A DNA stretch of 64,000 nucleotides from Octopus vulgaris (lineage: Eukaryota): positions 124,744,001 to 124,808,000 of the forward strand of contig OX597819.1 in the NCBI GenBank assembly GCA_951406725.2, written 5' to 3'. A program made the position numbers and the translations under genes. Of this stretch, positions 59,705-64,000 are shown in pieces. The first letter of the stretch is position 1. Every line of letters begins with the position of its first letter. The notes below the pieces were generated by a model, which worked only from the letters and a program-made list of their open reading frames with translations, was not told where the DNA came from and did not search any database.

Positions 59705-62290
59705 TATACTTGGCTTGATGGGTCTTCTTCTTGAGCATGGCATAATGGTAAAGGTTTCAGTCATTCGTCATTACCTCCATGAGGCCCAACACTTGCCAAT
59801 GCCAGTAACTTGTGTTACTGGCATTGGCCACCTTGCCTCAGTGAGGCCCAATGCTTAAAAGGTGCTCTTACGTGCCACCTGTACAGGTGCCATTTGTGTG
59901 CCACCAGTATATGCTATGACTGTGATTTTACTTGGCTTGATGGGTCTCCTTCTCAAGCATAGCATAATGTCAAAGGTCTCAGCCATTTGTCATTGCCTCT
60001 ATGAGGTCCAACACTCAAAAGGTTTTTTTCACATGCCACCGGCATTGATCACTTTGACTCTGTGAGGCTCAATGCTCAAATGGTGCTTTTTACATGCCAC
60101 CGACATGGGTACCAGTTACGTGACACCAGCATTAGCCACAACCATTATTTCACTTGGCTTGACAGGTCTTCTCAAGCGCAACATATCACCTAAGGTCTCG
60201 ATCACTAGTCATTGCCTCTTTGAGGCCCAGAGTTCAAAGATCATGCTTCACCACCTTGTCCCGTGTCTTTCTGGCCCTACCTCTACCACAGGTTCCCTCC
60301 ATAGTTAGAGATCACTTCTTTTCACTGCTGTCCTCGTTCATATGCATCACATTACCATACCAGCACAGACGTCTCTCTTGCACACCACATCTGGTTCCTC
60401 TTATGCCCAACTTTTCTCTCAATACTCTCAATGCTTATACTCTGTTGTACATGCACACTGACATTGCATATCCACCAAAGCATACTGACTTCATTTCTTT
60501 CAAACCTATGCATGTCCTCAGCTGTCACAGACCATGTTTCACTGCCCATATAGCATAGCTGTTTGCACACAGGCATCATACAGTCTGCCTTTCACTCTGA
60601 GGGAGAGTCCTGTGTTGCCAGCAGAGGTAGGAGCTCTCTAAACTTTGCCTAGCCTATTCTCATTCTCACAGCTACACTCTCAGGGTATCCACCTCCACTA
60701 CTAACTTGGTACTGAGATAATGGAATCTATCTGCTACCTTTAGCTGGCAGTTGATGGAATTTATTTTCTCTACCTTTTCTGTGTTTATTGTACCTGTGCA
60801 TCTTCCACACATAAAAACTATTTTCTCTGTTATTGCTGCACTTCTTATGCTACCATAGCTTACACCAAGTACATCATATGGAGTTTCTACCTATGCCTTT
60901 TCTACAGATTGAGCAGGGCCATCAACCTGAAGAGATTTGAGATCTGTCTGCCTCCCTACTTACTGTGACTTTGGTTTTTGCTAGGTTGACTCTAAGGTCC
61001 TTTGATTCTAGACCTTGCTTCCATACCTGAAACTTCTCTAGTTGTGGTAGTGATTCAGCTATAAGAGCAAGGTCATCAGCACAGAGGATCTCCCAGGGAC
61101 AGCCTGTCTTAAATTCCTCTATTATTTCCTGGAAGACTATGATGAACAAGAGGGGGCTGTGGACTGATCCTTGGTGAACCTCTACTTGTACCCTGAATTC
61201 TTTGCTGTACTCATTACCAATCCTCACCTTACTGACAGCATTCCTGTACATGGCTTGTACTGTTCTCACCAACTACTCGTCTATTCTTAGTTTCTGCATT
61301 GACCACCAGATGAGGGATCGGGGGGACCCTGTCAAAAGCTTTCTCCAAGTCAATGAAAGCCAGGTACAGAGGTTTATCTTTGGCTAGGTATTCTTCCTGC
61401 AGCTGCCTTACCAGAAATATAGCATCAGTGGTGCTTCTCCCTAGCACAAAACCAAACTGCACTCATCTAGACTAACTCTCTTCTTAATTAGTTAGGCTAT
61501 GACCCTCTCTGTAACTTTCATTACCTGATTCAGCAATTTGATACCTCTGTTATAATTTATAAGGCATCACCTTTACCTTTGTAGTAGTTGACTATTGTGC
61601 TGATACACCAGTCATTGCGTATGACTCCTTTGTGAATCATCTGATTTACGATTCAGATGAGTAGACTGTAACTCACACCACCAGATATTTTAAGCATCTC
61701 AGTGGTGATTCCTGATGGGCTGGACCCTTTCCCTGTCTTCATATCCTTAATTGCATTATCTACCAATGTATTGTTGATTCAGATAGCTGGTCCCTCAATT
61801 TGGTCAACATTTGGTAGACTCTCCTCCTCCCATTTATTCACCACTTTCAGCAATCTTTCATAACAGCATTTCCAAACCTCTTTCTTTGCAGAGTCACTAA
61901 ATGCAAATGCACCATCATCCATACAGACACATTTTTCCTATAGCATCACAATTTTCTCTCGCATACTGTCTTGCAATCCAAAACACTTCAAGTCTTTGGT
62001 CCTCACGTCACTGAGCATAGGCAAACTCCTTCTTTTCTGCTTCTCCCCTTGCTAGATATACCTGTCTCCTAACTTCCCTTCTGGCTATCTGATACAGTTC
62101 ACTGCTATCCCCACCCTTCCAGGCCTGTTTCTTTGCTCTAATGGCCTTGCCCACAGCATTGTTCCACCACCATGTCACCTTAGGTCAGGATGGGACTTTG
62201 CACCAGTCGCAGATTTGGTCTGTGGCACTGAGCAAGCTGTCCTGCAGGAATTCCCAGTTGCCCTCTATGTTACAAGTCTGTAGTTCCTCT
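59705..62290 (-). mobile_element. Decayed RTE-clade LINE (RT region and 3' UTR)
   Basis: QFGFVLGRSTTDAIFLVRQLQE, LAFIDLEKAFDRVP, VHQGSVHSPLLF, ADDLALIA and GSETW motifs; many frameshifts. Confidence 0.9.
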
Positions 62291-64000
62291 CCCCTCCCAT
62301 TTTTTGTTTAAAAATATTTTCAATTTTTTTTTTCATCTTTTTTAAATGCAAAGTGTGTAGTTTTTAAAGAGTGCAGTGCAAATAGAATTGGCCAAAATAG
62401 GTCTTGAGGGAGAGGGCTGTCATAAATTTTTCAGAATATTTTTTCATAAAAAGCTTACCCCCATCATTTCCAAGACTGCTATGCAAAAAAGGGAGTGGGG
62501 GTGTGGGGTGTGGAAAAGCCCTCAACAAAAAGTAGAAAATTCAACTTATGTGGGCATCCTGATCTGAAATTCTGCCATTTATAGCCATTGTCGTCTGTGG
62601 TTACATTCTGAGTTCAAATTCCGCCGAGGTCGACTTTGCCTTTCATCCTTTCAAGGTCGATAAATTAAGTACTAGTTATGCACTGGGGTGGATGTAATTG
62701 ACTTAATCCGTTTGTCTGTCCTTGTTTGTTCCCCTTGTGGGTAGTAAAGAAAAAAAATATTTATAGCCATTTTTGATGGTCCATTAAAATTTTATTGAAA
62801 TGTCATATTCCAAGATCTCAGGATTTATGCAGTTCTATTCCAGCTGCAATGGAACAAAATTCAAGTCCCGGTGACTTGTGTCTTTGGGATTTAACTAGGT
62901 CTGTAAACACTGCAAAATTGACTGTTTGTGACTTGTAACAAAATAGGCTTTACATAAATATCTTTAAAAATTGCAACTGCTATGCTATGGTCACTATTAA
63001 TGATCATCACCTCAGTTTCTAAGAAATGGCATCATAAATATGGCTAATTTATTCATTTAGGCTAATTAGGCAAGATTTTGACCATTTCACTGACCATTCA
63101 AATTGTCATATTTCCTAAAATATTCATCCAAATTTCACAAATGAGGAATTAAAATGTTTCTTTTTGGATGCTCTCTTAGGAAAAATTGAGTAGAAAGTAC
63201 ATTTTAATATTTCTAAAAATTCATAGTTATTTGCCACCCATGGTGGCAAATGTATATTTCCAAAGTTATCTGTTATACGACAGCTAATCATCATCATCAT
63301 CATCATTTAACGTCCGTTTTCCATGCTAGCATGGTTTGGACGGTTCAACTGGGGTCTGGGAAGCCAGGAGGCTGCACCAGGCTCCAATCTGATCTGGCAG
63401 TGTTTCTACAGCTGGATGCCCATCCTAACGCCAACCACTCCGTGAGTGTAGCGGGTGCTTTTTACATGCCAGGGGAGGCTGGCAACGGCCACGATCGGTT
63501 GGTGCTTTTTATGTGCCACCAGCACAGAAGCCAGTCAAGGTGGTGCTGGCATTGACCACGAATGGATGGTACTTTTTACATGCCAGGGGAGGCTGGCAAC
63601 GGCCATGATCAGTTGGTAGTTTTTACTTGCCACCGACGCTGGCATCAGCCACATATGGATGGTGCTTTTTAGGTGCCAGGGTAAGCTGGCAATGGCCACG
63701 ATTGGTTGGTACTTTTTAGGTGCCACCAGCATAGAAGCCAGTCAAGGCAGCACTAGCATCAGCCACATACAGATGGTTAACACTCTGGTAATAAATAATG
63801 TTGCCATATCACAAGTATTGTCTATTTTACATTCATTTTTCTGTACTATTTCGTTTTTGGATTTGGTTTGCAAGATTCTTTATATGAGTTCGTGTGTTGA
63901 AGCATATTCTTTTGTGTCTGAGGAGAGTCATTTTCTTTTTGTGCCTTATTATTTAACACAATCAACGGTAAAATTTCCACGTTTTTCTTATTTTTATTGT

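Overview
AT-rich, microsatellite-dense eukaryotic DNA, very likely from an octopus/coleoid cephalopod (inferred from the SINE/LINE repertoire, not verified). Most of the window is decayed or nested transposable elements: a mariner deletion derivative, an ORF1-only L1/Tx1-like element, RTE, CR1 and R4/Dong LINE pieces, a Gypsy LTR element interrupted by a Chapaev3 transposon and a Helitron, several Penelope-like elements with hammerhead ribozymes, 8-bp-TSD MITEs and three tRNA-SINE families. Two host genes are visible on the + strand. One is the first coding exon of IAH1 (49493-49567). The other is a five-exon gene (22402-29426), not recovered whole by the ORF track, encoding a signal-peptide-bearing, Cys-rich ~248-aa protein. 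Its exon layout (10/161/231/162/183 nt, intron phases 1,0,0,0) matches the growth hormone/prolactin/IL-6-type long-chain helical cytokines. Exon 4 needs compensating 1-nt indels, and intron 3 carries an intact sense-strand hammerhead ribozyme. All coordinates were read by eye and may be off by a few bases.
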